13,096 nucleotides of DNA. Origin: Promethearchaeota archaeon (GTDB taxonomy: Archaea > Asgardarchaeota > Lokiarchaeia > Sigyniarchaeales > SOKP01). The position numbers were made by a program, and so were the translations under genes. The DNA lies in NCBI GenBank assembly GCA_048941015.1, contig JBHLNZ010000079.1, positions 1 to 13,096 of the forward strand, written 5' to 3'. Numbering within the stretch: position 1 is the first letter of the stretch; every line of letters starts with the position of its first letter. Of this stretch, positions 1-8,395 are shown piece by piece. The notes beneath the pieces are model-generated. The model was not told the origin of the DNA. It did no database searches and saw nothing but the letters and a program-made list of their open reading frames with translations.

Positions 1-2
1 TA

Positions 3-827
3 GTTTTTTTTAAAGGTTGTCCACTTTCATGTGTATGGTGTCAAAATCCAGAAGCTAAATCTCCATTTAAAGAGCTATATTTTGATCGCGATAAATGTAT
101 CGAATGTGAGTTCTGTTTAAACAGATGTGAACAAAACGCTATAGATTTTGATTATATATATCGTATTGATAGAAGTCGATGCAATTTATGTGGTTATTGT
201 GTTGATATTTGTCCAAATGATGCATTAAAATTCGTAGGTAAAGAATATAGCATTGAAGAGTTAGTAAAGATAATTTTAAAAGACAAATTATTTTTTGATA
301 ATTCTAATGGAGGAGTAACCCTTTCGGGAGGGGAACCGCTATATCACATTGAATTTGTCCATGATTTATTAATGTTATTAAAAAAAAATGATATACACGT
401 CTGTATAGAGACATGTGGATTTTATAATCGAACTGAATTTAATAAACTAATTTTACCATATTTAGATTTGATCTACTTTGATTTAAAGATATATAATCCA
501 AAATTACATACTCAATATTGTAAAGTATCAAATGAAAGAATAATTGAAAATTTTGAAGATTTACTTAAGAAAAATATAGAAGTATTACCGAGAATCCCGC
601 TGATACCCTCTGTTACAGATACAGATGAGAATTTAGATGAATTAGCAAGTTATTTAAGATCATTAGGATTAAATAAAATCGCATTATTAACTTATAATCC
701 GCTTTGGCTTGATAAACCAGAGAAAATAGGAATTAATCCATTATATAATTATAAAGAATGGTTAACCAAAGAAGAAAAAAATAGAATTAAGTCACACTTC
801 ACAGATTTTAGTTTTAATAATTTCTAA
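3..827 (+). CDS. Glycyl-radical enzyme activating enzyme (radical SAM, PflA/CutD-like) with ferredoxin-like insert; 5'-truncated by window edge
   Basis: The frame of ORF 372..827 is open back to nt 3. It reads VFFKGCPLSCVWCQNPE (CxxxCxxC radical SAM motif), then CIECEFCLNRC and CNLCGYCVDICP (two CxxCxxCxxxC), GGVTLSGGEP, IETCG, YFDLK and RIPLIP, all hallmarks of GRE activases. The track's ATG at 372 is internal. Confidence 0.95.
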   Translation, partial: VFFKGCPLSCVWCQNPEAKSPFKELYFDRDKCIECEFCLNRCEQNAIDFDYIYRIDRSRCNLCGYCVDICPNDALKFVGKEYSIEELVKIILKDKLFFDNSNGGVTLSGGEPLYHIEFVHDLLMLLKKNDIHVCIETCGFYNRTEFNKLILPYLDLIYFDLKIYNPKLHTQYCKVSNERIIENFEDLLKKNIEVLPRIPLIPSVTDTDENLDELASYLRSLGLNKIALLTYNPLWLDKPEKIGINPLYNYKEWLTKEEKNRIKSHFTDFSFNNF

Positions 828-844
828 TTTAAGAAAAAAATAAT

Positions 845-2731
845 TTAGTATAAATCTTTTATTACGAAATCCAGATTTAATTCAATTAAACTCTCTTTCA
901 AAGGATACCCGTTCTCAGTATTCCATCCAAATTTTTTACAAAAACCCTTATAATCCTCTTTATAATCAATTGTTTTTCCTTTATGAGGTCCACTTTCAAA
1001 AGGAGGATTTCCAACTGCTCTTCCCGGTATTTCATTATTAGCCATTATTATTCCTTCTCGAATGGTAAATGCTTGTCTCAAAGTATGTATACGATATCCT
1101 ACTTTACAAATTTCGTCAATTGAAAGATCCCACCCAACAACCGCTTTAATAACTTCTCTGAGAGGATATTTTTGATAGACATAAAGTAAATCACACAATC
1201 CTAATGCATTTGTAGCTTGTTTTAAACCGACAGCAATCTTTTGAGCCTCATATCTATCTTCCCCTGCGCGTTTCCATCTTTTGGGAAGACTGAAGCCTTC
1301 AATGAGTCCATCAGGCTTTATAAGAGGCCCCATTGCCATAAAATCAATACTGGGTGTAGTATGCCTTCCAGGTGTAGGATCAAATGCATAACTCATACCT
1401 AAAGATTTGAAAAATTTAGCATCATGCATAGCAAGCTCTTGACCCATTGAGTGCATTGCATATTTTTCAGAGCCTTGACCAATTACCTCCGATGCCTTTT
1501 TTGAACCATCAGCTAAAATATCTCCAAAACCATCACGTTTTATTACTTTATTAACTATTTCAACTATCGCTTTAGAATTTCCCCAAGTTAATTCTAAGCC
1601 ATCGGTATCATTTTTAGTCAAAATACCATTTTCATAACATTCAATAGCAAAGGCAATTGTCGCTCCTGTAGAAATAGTATCTATTCCTGCACGATTACAC
1701 ATGTCATTTACCTTAATTAAAGACAAAGGATCATCATTAAGTAACATATATCCAAAAGCAGCGCATGTCTCGTATTCAGGAATATGAGTTTCATCTAAAC
1801 CTAATTCTGGTACTCTTAATATTCCTCCACACTGTACACTACAGGAAAAACATCCATATTCTTTTTGCTTGTACTTATTTAAGACTTCACCTGAGATTTT
1901 TTGGAGTTTTTCAGTTGGGAAATCATCAATAGAAGTTCCACCCCAATTTTTAACGGGAGAATCACCCGCTTGTCCTGCTGCAAAGTTTAGACCACTTGTA
2001 CCTAAATTCTTATAAATAGTAACTGCATTTGAATTTTTGGTCTCATTATTATATCCTTTTGTGGCAATTAGTAATGCCTCTTTATCTGCTATTGTCACTT
2101 TTTCACTTCCTTTAAGAATAAGTGCTTTAAGTTTTTTTGAGCCCATTACAGCACCTAATCCACATCGTGCTGCTATTCTACCTTTATCTGTTACTATTCC
2201 TGAAATTAGAGACATTTTTTCTCCAGCTGTACCTAAACATGATACTTTTACATTTTTATACATCATTTTTATTCTATTTTCTGTTTCAACTGTATCTAAA
2301 CCCCATAGATCAGATGCATCTAAAAATTTTTTTTCTCCATTAATCATCATGAAGGATTTAGGATCATCTGCCGCACCCTTAACTAGTATTCCATCATAAC
2401 CGCAATTCTTAATCTCTGGTCCAAAATATCCTCCTGAATTCGCATCACCCCAAGTATTTGTTAAAGGGGATTTCCCTGCTGTCATATATCGTCCACTGAG
2501 GGGTGTTACCGTTCCTGTCAATAAGCCTGGAAAGAATCCAATAATTGCTTCTGGTGATAATGGATTTGTTTTTGAAGGCATTTTTTCATAAATCAGCCTA
2601 CAGGCTAAACCATATCCTCCAAAATACTGCTGATATAAATGATTAGGTATTTTTTCTTCATTAATTGATTCATTCGTAAGATCAATGCATAAAATTTTAC
2701 CAAAATATCCATTCGACATAAATTGCTTCAT
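845..2731 (-). CDS. aor: Aldehyde:ferredoxin oxidoreductase family protein (W/Mo-bis-pterin, AOR/WOR family), paralog 1
   Basis: GYFGKILCIDLT N-terminus, KSPLT, AARCGLGAVMGSKKLKA, CFSCSVQC plus distal LGLC ([4Fe-4S] ligands), PEYET, DTISTG. The true start may be the second Met (MSNGY, nt 2719). Confidence 0.95.
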   Translation of the reverse strand: MKQFMSNGYFGKILCIDLTNESINEEKIPNHLYQQYFGGYGLACRLIYEKMPSKTNPLSPEAIIGFFPGLLTGTVTPLSGRYMTAGKSPLTNTWGDANSGGYFGPEIKNCGYDGILVKGAADDPKSFMMINGEKKFLDASDLWGLDTVETENRIKMMYKNVKVSCLGTAGEKMSLISGIVTDKGRIAARCGLGAVMGSKKLKALILKGSEKVTIADKEALLIATKGYNNETKNSNAVTIYKNLGTSGLNFAAGQAGDSPVKNWGGTSIDDFPTEKLQKISGEVLNKYKQKEYGCFSCSVQCGGILRVPELGLDETHIPEYETCAAFGYMLLNDDPLSLIKVNDMCNRAGIDTISTGATIAFAIECYENGILTKNDTDGLELTWGNSKAIVEIVNKVIKRDGFGDILADGSKKASEVIGQGSEKYAMHSMGQELAMHDAKFFKSLGMSYAFDPTPGRHTTPSIDFMAMGPLIKPDGLIEGFSLPKRWKRAGEDRYEAQKIAVGLKQATNALGLCDLLYVYQKYPLREVIKAVVGWDLSIDEICKVGYRIHTLRQAFTIREGIIMANNEIPGRAVGNPPFESGPHKGKTIDYKEDYKGFCKKFGWNTENGYPLKESLIELNLDFVIKDLY

Positions 2732-2798
2732 TTTTTAATAAATTTAATAAACTTTACGTTTTCTACAAATATTTGTTATACATTATTTTACATTATGA

Positions 2799-2816
2799 GT
2801 ATTTATATCTTTATTT
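2799..2816 (-). promoter_or_regulatory. Putative archaeal BRE-TATA promoter for AOR paralog 1
   Basis: Minus strand reads AAATAAAGA-TATAAATAC (purine-rich BRE then TATA-like box), about 70 nt upstream of the start. The AT-rich background lowers specificity. Confidence 0.4.
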
Positions 2817-2866
2817 TATTTAACATAAGAATTGAACTACTCAGCTTTTTGTTAATTTTCCAATAT

Positions 2867-2882
2867 GAAAAATTTAATATAT
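2867..2882 (+). promoter_or_regulatory. Putative archaeal BRE-TATA promoter for AOR paralog 2
   Basis: GAAAAA-TTTAATATAT about 45-55 nt upstream of the start. Confidence 0.4.
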
Positions 2883-2926
2883 GAAAAAGTAGAACATCAT
2901 AGTAGTAATTTTGAATTTTAATTAAA

Positions 2927-4738
2927 GTGAGAAAAATGGGTAAAATTTTAAGAGTTAATTTAGCTACAAGTAAAATTTCTATTGAAGATGTGACTCAATC
3001 TGATGAGATAAAATATATAGGTGGTGCCGGAGTTGCAGCTGCTATTTTCAATTCTGAAGTATCACCAAATATTAACGCTTTTGATGGTGAAAATCTGCTA
3101 ATTTTCTCCGTAGGACCTTTTTGTGGTACAAGTGTTCCTTTTTGTGGACGGCATTTTGTAATGGCAAAATCACCTCTTACTAAAATATTAGGAGAATCCT
3201 CAGCAGGAGGCTTTTTTGGTAAAGAAATGAAGAGCGCAGGTTTTGATCATATTATCATTCAAGGAAAAAGTGAAAAACCTGTTTATCTATGGATTAATAA
3301 TGATAAAGTCGAGATCATAGATGCTTCTGATATATGGAAAGCCGGAACAAAGGAAACAGAAGCTAAGATAAAAAAATCAATTGGAGATAGCAATATAAAA
3401 ATTGCTTCAATAGGTCCTGCAGGAGTTAATTTAGTAAAATTCGCAGCAATAATAAGTGAAACTCAACATGCTGCTGGAAGATGTGGAATGGGAGCAGTTA
3501 TGGGAAGTAAAAACCTTAAAGCAATTGCGATTAAAGGCGATGGTCAAGTAAGTGTAAATAATCAAGCTCTCTTAAATGATGCCGTGAAAGAAATTAGAGA
3601 TATGATCAAAGAAGATCCCATGGCAAACGTAATGAAAGATACAGGGACTCTAGTTCATATGGATAATTACGTAGGTATGGGTGATGTTCCAATAAAGAAT
3701 TATACTATGAGTAAATGGCTAGGTACAAAGAAGATTGGGTTTTATGCTCTTCAAGAAAAATTTAAGATTAAGCATTACGCTTGTTTTAATTGCCCTGTTG
3801 CTTGTAGAGCCTTTATAGATTATGAAGGTGAAATGGTGGCCTGGCCTGAGTATGAAACCCTTGCAATGATGGGATCATTACTTTTTATTGATAATTTGGA
3901 AGCATTAATTAAATGGAATGGAATTCTTAATGATTTAGGTATGGATACTATCTCTTTGGGTAGTACTCTTGGAGCTTTTCTTGAAGCTATAGAACGAAAA
4001 TTACTTAATATTGAACTTAAAGACCTTGGTTTTGAGTCTGATCCAGAAAATCCGACTGAATTTAAAATTTGGGGTTCAGTTGGCGCGATTGAGAAACTAT
4101 TTTTCAAAATAGCTAAAAGAGAGGGAATTGGAGATGAACTAGCTGAGGGTGTTAGGATATTCTGTCGAAACAATAAATTGCCAGAGGATCTTGAATCACA
4201 CGGAAAAGGACTTGAAATTCCTGCACATGAACCTCGATGTAATAACATGACTGCTTTAGATTATGCTACATCATCACGAGGAGCTTATCATTGCTACGAA
4301 CCTATGCATTTATCCTCAATGGCAAACCGTAAAATAGACATAAGCTTAAGTGAAAAAGTAGATCGTTTTGCTATTGATGAAGCTGTAGATGCGGTTGTCA
4401 AAATGCAAGATGCTTGCGAAGCATATTCGGCAGCGGGAGGTTGTGTATTTGGATTCTGGTATTCAAACTATGTTGGACCATGGGTTAAGGCTTTAAATGC
4501 AATTACAGGAAATAATTATACAATAGAGAAATGGATGGAAGCAGGAAGAAATATATTCAATTTAAAGCGAAAATTTAACATCTCATGTGGAATCACGAAA
4601 GATGATGACACCATAGGTTCCAGGTTTTTTAAGCCTATTGATAAAGGGGGAACGCGTAAAAATGTTCCACCCCTTAAAGATTTAGTAACAAAATATTATA
4701 ACATTAGAGGTTGGAATGAGAAAGGTTCTCCACTCTAA
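2927..4738 (+). CDS. aor: Aldehyde:ferredoxin oxidoreductase family protein (AOR/WOR family), paralog 2
   Basis: GKILRVNL, KSPLT, AAGRCGMGAVMGSKNLKAI, CFNCPVAC plus distal GGC, PEYET, DTISLG, HEPR, RGAYH, YYNIRGW. Start is either GTG 2927 or ATG 2936. Confidence 0.95.
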   Translation: MRKMGKILRVNLATSKISIEDVTQSDEIKYIGGAGVAAAIFNSEVSPNINAFDGENLLIFSVGPFCGTSVPFCGRHFVMAKSPLTKILGESSAGGFFGKEMKSAGFDHIIIQGKSEKPVYLWINNDKVEIIDASDIWKAGTKETEAKIKKSIGDSNIKIASIGPAGVNLVKFAAIISETQHAAGRCGMGAVMGSKNLKAIAIKGDGQVSVNNQALLNDAVKEIRDMIKEDPMANVMKDTGTLVHMDNYVGMGDVPIKNYTMSKWLGTKKIGFYALQEKFKIKHYACFNCPVACRAFIDYEGEMVAWPEYETLAMMGSLLFIDNLEALIKWNGILNDLGMDTISLGSTLGAFLEAIERKLLNIELKDLGFESDPENPTEFKIWGSVGAIEKLFFKIAKREGIGDELAEGVRIFCRNNKLPEDLESHGKGLEIPAHEPRCNNMTALDYATSSRGAYHCYEPMHLSSMANRKIDISLSEKVDRFAIDEAVDAVVKMQDACEAYSAAGGCVFGFWYSNYVGPWVKALNAITGNNYTIEKWMEAGRNIFNLKRKFNISCGITKDDDTIGSRFFKPIDKGGTRKNVPPLKDLVTKYYNIRGWNEKGSPL

Positions 4739-4739
4739 A

Positions 4740-4758
4740 TTCTTTTTTTCATATTTTA
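4740..4758 (+). terminator. Oligo-T tract after AOR paralog 2 (archaeal-type terminator candidate)
   Basis: TTCTTTTTTTCATATTTT immediately after the stop codon. Confidence 0.4.
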
Positions 4759-4860
4759 CCTTCAAATTAGACGAAATTAATCTCCTGTTGCTTAATCTTT
4801 TATAGCATTAATTCTTTTTAAATTTACCAATCTAAATAAAAAAACTTATATGATTAAAAC

Positions 4861-5259
4861 ATGGATGAAAATAAGCTAGAAGAGATTGATAATTTCTTAT
4901 ATGAATATGCCATCGAGCGTTTTAATCGACTTTTTAAGTTTATGCTAGTAGGCCAGAAGCGATTAAAGTCTTATCTCATGTTAGTGGTTAGAGCATTAGT
5001 TAGATGTTTACATCACGTAGATAAAGAAATATACATAAAGGATATTATGGAAGCAGTTATGGCTGAAGCTGATTATATGCTAAACGAAGATCCATTTAAA
5101 ATTGATTTTCAAAGTATTGCTAAAATCAGATATTCCGAAGAATTCCAGAATTTGATTAAAAGTGAGATTCATGGTTGGATACTTTATTTATTGAATAATG
5201 ATAAACTTCCCTCTAACCTTAGATATGAAAGATTTATAGGAAGACTAACTATTACCTAA
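4861..5259 (+). CDS. Hypothetical protein (132 aa, likely alpha-helical)
   Basis: ATG-started ORF filling the gap between genes, protein-like composition, followed by a T-tract. No motif recognised. Confidence 0.75.
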   Translation: MDENKLEEIDNFLYEYAIERFNRLFKFMLVGQKRLKSYLMLVVRALVRCLHHVDKEIYIKDIMEAVMAEADYMLNEDPFKIDFQSIAKIRYSEEFQNLIKSEIHGWILYLLNNDKLPSNLRYERFIGRLTIT

Positions 5260-5278
5260 ATTTTTACACGATAATTAA

Positions 5279-5289
5279 TTTTTTTTTTT
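5279..5289 (+). terminator. T11 tract, terminator candidate for the hypothetical gene
   Basis: Run of 11 T starting 20 nt after the stop at 5259. Confidence 0.4.
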
Positions 5290-5319
5290 AATTGATTTAG
5301 ATTATAATGAGACAAAATT

Positions 5320-5775
5320 ATGGAAATAAAAGAAACTGAAAGGATTGGAAAACTTTGGTTTAATGATTTATGGAGTAAGGGAAATTTGAATATGGCAGAT
5401 GAAATAGTTGATTCTGATTATGATCCTAATTGGATTGGTATAAATAAGAAAGGGCCTGCTCAAGTTAAACATGAAATTAACTATTTTCGTTCAATCTTTC
5501 CGGATCTAAAATATAATATAATCGAAATTAAAGCAGAAACTGATAAAGTTTGGATTCGTTATCTTGCTCAAGGTACACATAAAGGCACTGCGTGGGGATT
5601 TGAAGCAACTAATAAAGAAGTAAAATTCGAGGGAGCAACAATTTTATATTTTAATTCTAAGGGCAAAATTATTGATAGATGGGGTGCATTTTGTTTTTAT
5701 GACATACTAATGGATTTAGAACTCGTTCCACCATTCTGGGAATTACATAAAATATTCAATTCCTCAAATAAATAA
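5320..5775 (+). CDS. SnoaL-like ester/polyketide cyclase (NTF2-like fold)
   Basis: LWSKGNL..ADEI, FPDLKYNI, DKVWIRY..QGTHKG..WG..ATNKEV.FEG..I..F..GKII..W matches the SnoaL-like ester cyclase pattern. Confidence 0.88.
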   Translation: MEIKETERIGKLWFNDLWSKGNLNMADEIVDSDYDPNWIGINKKGPAQVKHEINYFRSIFPDLKYNIIEIKAETDKVWIRYLAQGTHKGTAWGFEATNKEVKFEGATILYFNSKGKIIDRWGAFCFYDILMDLELVPPFWELHKIFNSSNK

Positions 5776-5785
5776 TTAAAACTTT

Positions 5786-6676
5786 TTACTTTTTTGCTGG
5801 TGAAGCATAACAATAAGTACAATTATGTTTACATCGGAAAATTCCAGAATAACCTCCAATATCTTTTGATTTGAAGCAACCACAAAATTTTCTTTGTCCG
5901 GTATCTTTAATTTTTGGTAATGGTTCATTAATTAATTTTTCAATTTTATATGCATCAATACAGTGTGCTTGTTCAATGCCTTTAACATTAAGAAGATCTG
6001 GTTGACAACATGCTTTCATCTGAACATCGTATTTATTACATATTTCTATAAGTCTATTCAAAATCTCCTTTTTTTTTAATAGTGATAAATTAATAGGAGT
6101 ATAACCTCTTGCTCTCATCCTTTTTTCGACTTTTGAATAAATCGTAGCAAAGGAAAAAATCATTTCCTTTACTCCTAATGATGAGATCTTTTTAATTAAA
6201 TACTCAAAATTATTTAGATTATTTTTTATCTCATTGCTGCCATTTTTTTTATAAAAAATAATAGGATCGAAGCGATAACTAATAGCAGCGATTTTAAATT
6301 CATCAATTAGCCAACTAAGTTGATTAAGTCTCTCTTCTATTGATACATTAATACTTCCTTCTAATTCTGATGGAGAATTGATAGTAAACTGAAAATAATG
6401 ACCTTTATATCGTGAAAAGATCTCAGGATAATGATTATAACAGTTTATCCATTCACCAAAATTTTTACTCCACCAAACCCAACATTTCACATCTTCTGGT
6501 TTCAAAGATACCTTGTAGATTTGTTTTCTGTTAAACGGATTTGCGACATTCACATAACCTTTTCTAATTTGGTCCATAACCCAATCCATTAAAAAAGCGG
6601 GAATATCAGTTCTTCTAGAGCATGAAATTATTGGTGATTTTACAATTTTTAAATCTATTTTCGAGGAGTTTTTCAT
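5786..6676 (-). CDS. DUF1848 family protein (radical-SAM-like, C-terminal Cys cluster)
   Basis: IISCSRRTDIPAF, V.NPFN, WSKN, FQFTI, RFDPII, and C-terminal CID...KD.GQR..CGC..S.DIG.Y...C.H.C.YCYA, as typical of DUF1848. Confidence 0.92.
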   Translation of the reverse strand: MKNSSKIDLKIVKSPIISCSRRTDIPAFLMDWVMDQIRKGYVNVANPFNRKQIYKVSLKPEDVKCWVWWSKNFGEWINCYNHYPEIFSRYKGHYFQFTINSPSELEGSINVSIEERLNQLSWLIDEFKIAAISYRFDPIIFYKKNGSNEIKNNLNNFEYLIKKISSLGVKEMIFSFATIYSKVEKRMRARGYTPINLSLLKKKEILNRLIEICNKYDVQMKACCQPDLLNVKGIEQAHCIDAYKIEKLINEPLPKIKDTGQRKFCGCFKSKDIGGYSGIFRCKHNCTYCYASPAKK

Positions 6677-6734
6677 TTTTTTTCGTTTTAAATTGAGTTT
6701 AACAATTAGTTTTCAATTTATTAGAATTCTTATT

Positions 6735-8357
6735 TCAAAGACCTTTTATATAAAGACTCATAGCTTTAATAAATAATTCCTTTTTCTTATCTTCAGCTAA
6801 TGAATGATTAATGTTGATGGAATTTTTAATACTGTTCGTTATTTGCTCTAATTCATCATAGATGGTTAAATGAGGGTTTTCGAAAGCGGTCCCTCTCTTT
6901 ATATCTTCTTTTAAAAGCCCCCTAAATTTAGGATCTAACCAAATTGAGAAAGGTCCTGAACTATGTTCTGCTTTATGTTTTATATTAAAACGATTCTGTA
7001 ATATATTAATTACTTCGTATACGGTTTCACAAATCTCGTTTACCTTTTCATAATTTTCTTTATAAAAATAATCAATTGGTACAGGTAATCTCATATGTAA
7101 TAAGAGACCTTTTCCTCTACGAAAATTTACGTGACCATAACCAAAAATAACCTTATGAAAATTATGGTTTGTAAAAATTTCATTTATGGTGTCTATTATA
7201 TCTGGTAAATATTTTGGTTGACTTAAAATATCTTCAAATCCTGGAAAAGCAATATAATTTTTATCATCCTCTGAAGTCTGAATTAGTAAAGCAAAAGATG
7301 ATCGTTCTTGCATATATAATTGGAACTCTTCTTCCATAATTTTTTTTGAATAACATGCAGTTTCATTTTCCATTATTTTAATAAATTTATTTACCTCAAG
7401 ATCTGTTCCTTTAATTATTACAGCCCAATTTACTTTCAAATTTTTATCTTCTAAAGCAAGCTTACTAAATTTTCCTGGTAAGGTAATGGGTGATGTAATA
7501 AATTCACTAACGAGTGGAAAAATTTTAAAATCCTGAACTTTTTGTAAACCGTTAAAAGCAAAAGTTAAATTATCTCCATATAAAATAGCTCTTTCTAAAT
7601 CTTTATTAGGTTGATATAATCTAAAACAAGCGCTTAAGACCACACCATAAAAACCATTTCCACCCACAACTTTATTGAATAATTGATTATTTCTATCAAT
7701 TTCTAAAATATCTCCATTTGGGATCATTATCCTCATATTAATTATCCAATCTTTAGCAGATCCAAGCTTTCCTGAGGTTATTCCACTAGCATTTGAAGAA
7801 ATAATTCCTCCCAGCCTTACAGGAAGTTTTAAAGCACTTGCAGGCTGAATTGGAAAAATATATTTTCCATCGCTGAAATATTGAACATATTTAATTAAAT
7901 CTGAAATTAAAGCGCTCTGTTCAGTGATTATTTCTTCCTTTTTAAAGTTAATTTTGAAAGGTTCTTTAAAAGTATGTAGATCCGCAAGATCAACTGTAAT
8001 ACCATAATTTGAGTATCCTCCAGATAAACCTGTTTTTCCACTAGCAAAGGTTATTGGAATTTTTAACTTATGTGCATGGATAATAATAATTTTTAATTGT
8101 TTCTCAGTTTTAGGTCTAAAAAGTATATAGGGTGTTAAATATAGATGAGAAGGATCGTGAAGTCCTAAAGATTGAATTTTATCATTGACAACTATTGCTT
8201 TTCCAGATAGAAATAATTTTTTATATTCTATTATATTAGATAATTGGGAGAAATTAGGAGACCTTGTTTTAATAAAGCCCTCAAGCTCCATATTTGATAA
8301 AAAAGTATCCCATGGTAATTCTTTTTGAAGAATTTTGATAATGTTATCATTTTCCAT
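6735..8357 (-). CDS. FAD-binding oxidoreductase, VAO/PCMH family (GlcD/D-lactate dehydrogenase-like), divergent
   Basis: RPKT..QL..II..A....IPI...SGKTGLSGG (FAD_binding_4), LGGIISSNASG, IMIPNGDI, GGNGFYGVV, and C-terminal GH...LH and AEH motifs. Confidence 0.85.
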   Translation of the reverse strand: MENDNIIKILQKELPWDTFLSNMELEGFIKTRSPNFSQLSNIIEYKKLFLSGKAIVVNDKIQSLGLHDPSHLYLTPYILFRPKTEKQLKIIIIHAHKLKIPITFASGKTGLSGGYSNYGITVDLADLHTFKEPFKINFKKEEIITEQSALISDLIKYVQYFSDGKYIFPIQPASALKLPVRLGGIISSNASGITSGKLGSAKDWIINMRIMIPNGDILEIDRNNQLFNKVVGGNGFYGVVLSACFRLYQPNKDLERAILYGDNLTFAFNGLQKVQDFKIFPLVSEFITSPITLPGKFSKLALEDKNLKVNWAVIIKGTDLEVNKFIKIMENETACYSKKIMEEEFQLYMQERSSFALLIQTSEDDKNYIAFPGFEDILSQPKYLPDIIDTINEIFTNHNFHKVIFGYGHVNFRRGKGLLLHMRLPVPIDYFYKENYEKVNEICETVYEVINILQNRFNIKHKAEHSSGPFSIWLDPKFRGLLKEDIKRGTAFENPHLTIYDELEQITNSIKNSININHSLAEDKKKELFIKAMSLYIKGL

Positions 8358-8395
8358 TGTTTATCATGACATTTTCATAAAATAATTAAATCTCA

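Noticed and set aside
2037-2399. Plus-strand ORFs 2037..2399 and 2137..2343
   Set aside because: Antisense shadows inside the well-supported AOR1 gene, with no motifs.
3820-4248. Minus-strand 142-aa ORF
   Set aside because: Ser-rich antisense shadow of AOR2.
845-4738. Benzoyl-CoA reductase BamB or GAPOR assignment for the AORs
   Set aside because: No bam or glycolytic context, and the motifs fit generic AOR-family members. A phylogeny is needed for finer calls.
6735-8357. Alkyl-DHAP synthase (ether lipid) assignment for the FAD enzyme
   Set aside because: It lacks the HHH motif of that subfamily and has an EH motif like 2-hydroxyacid dehydrogenases.
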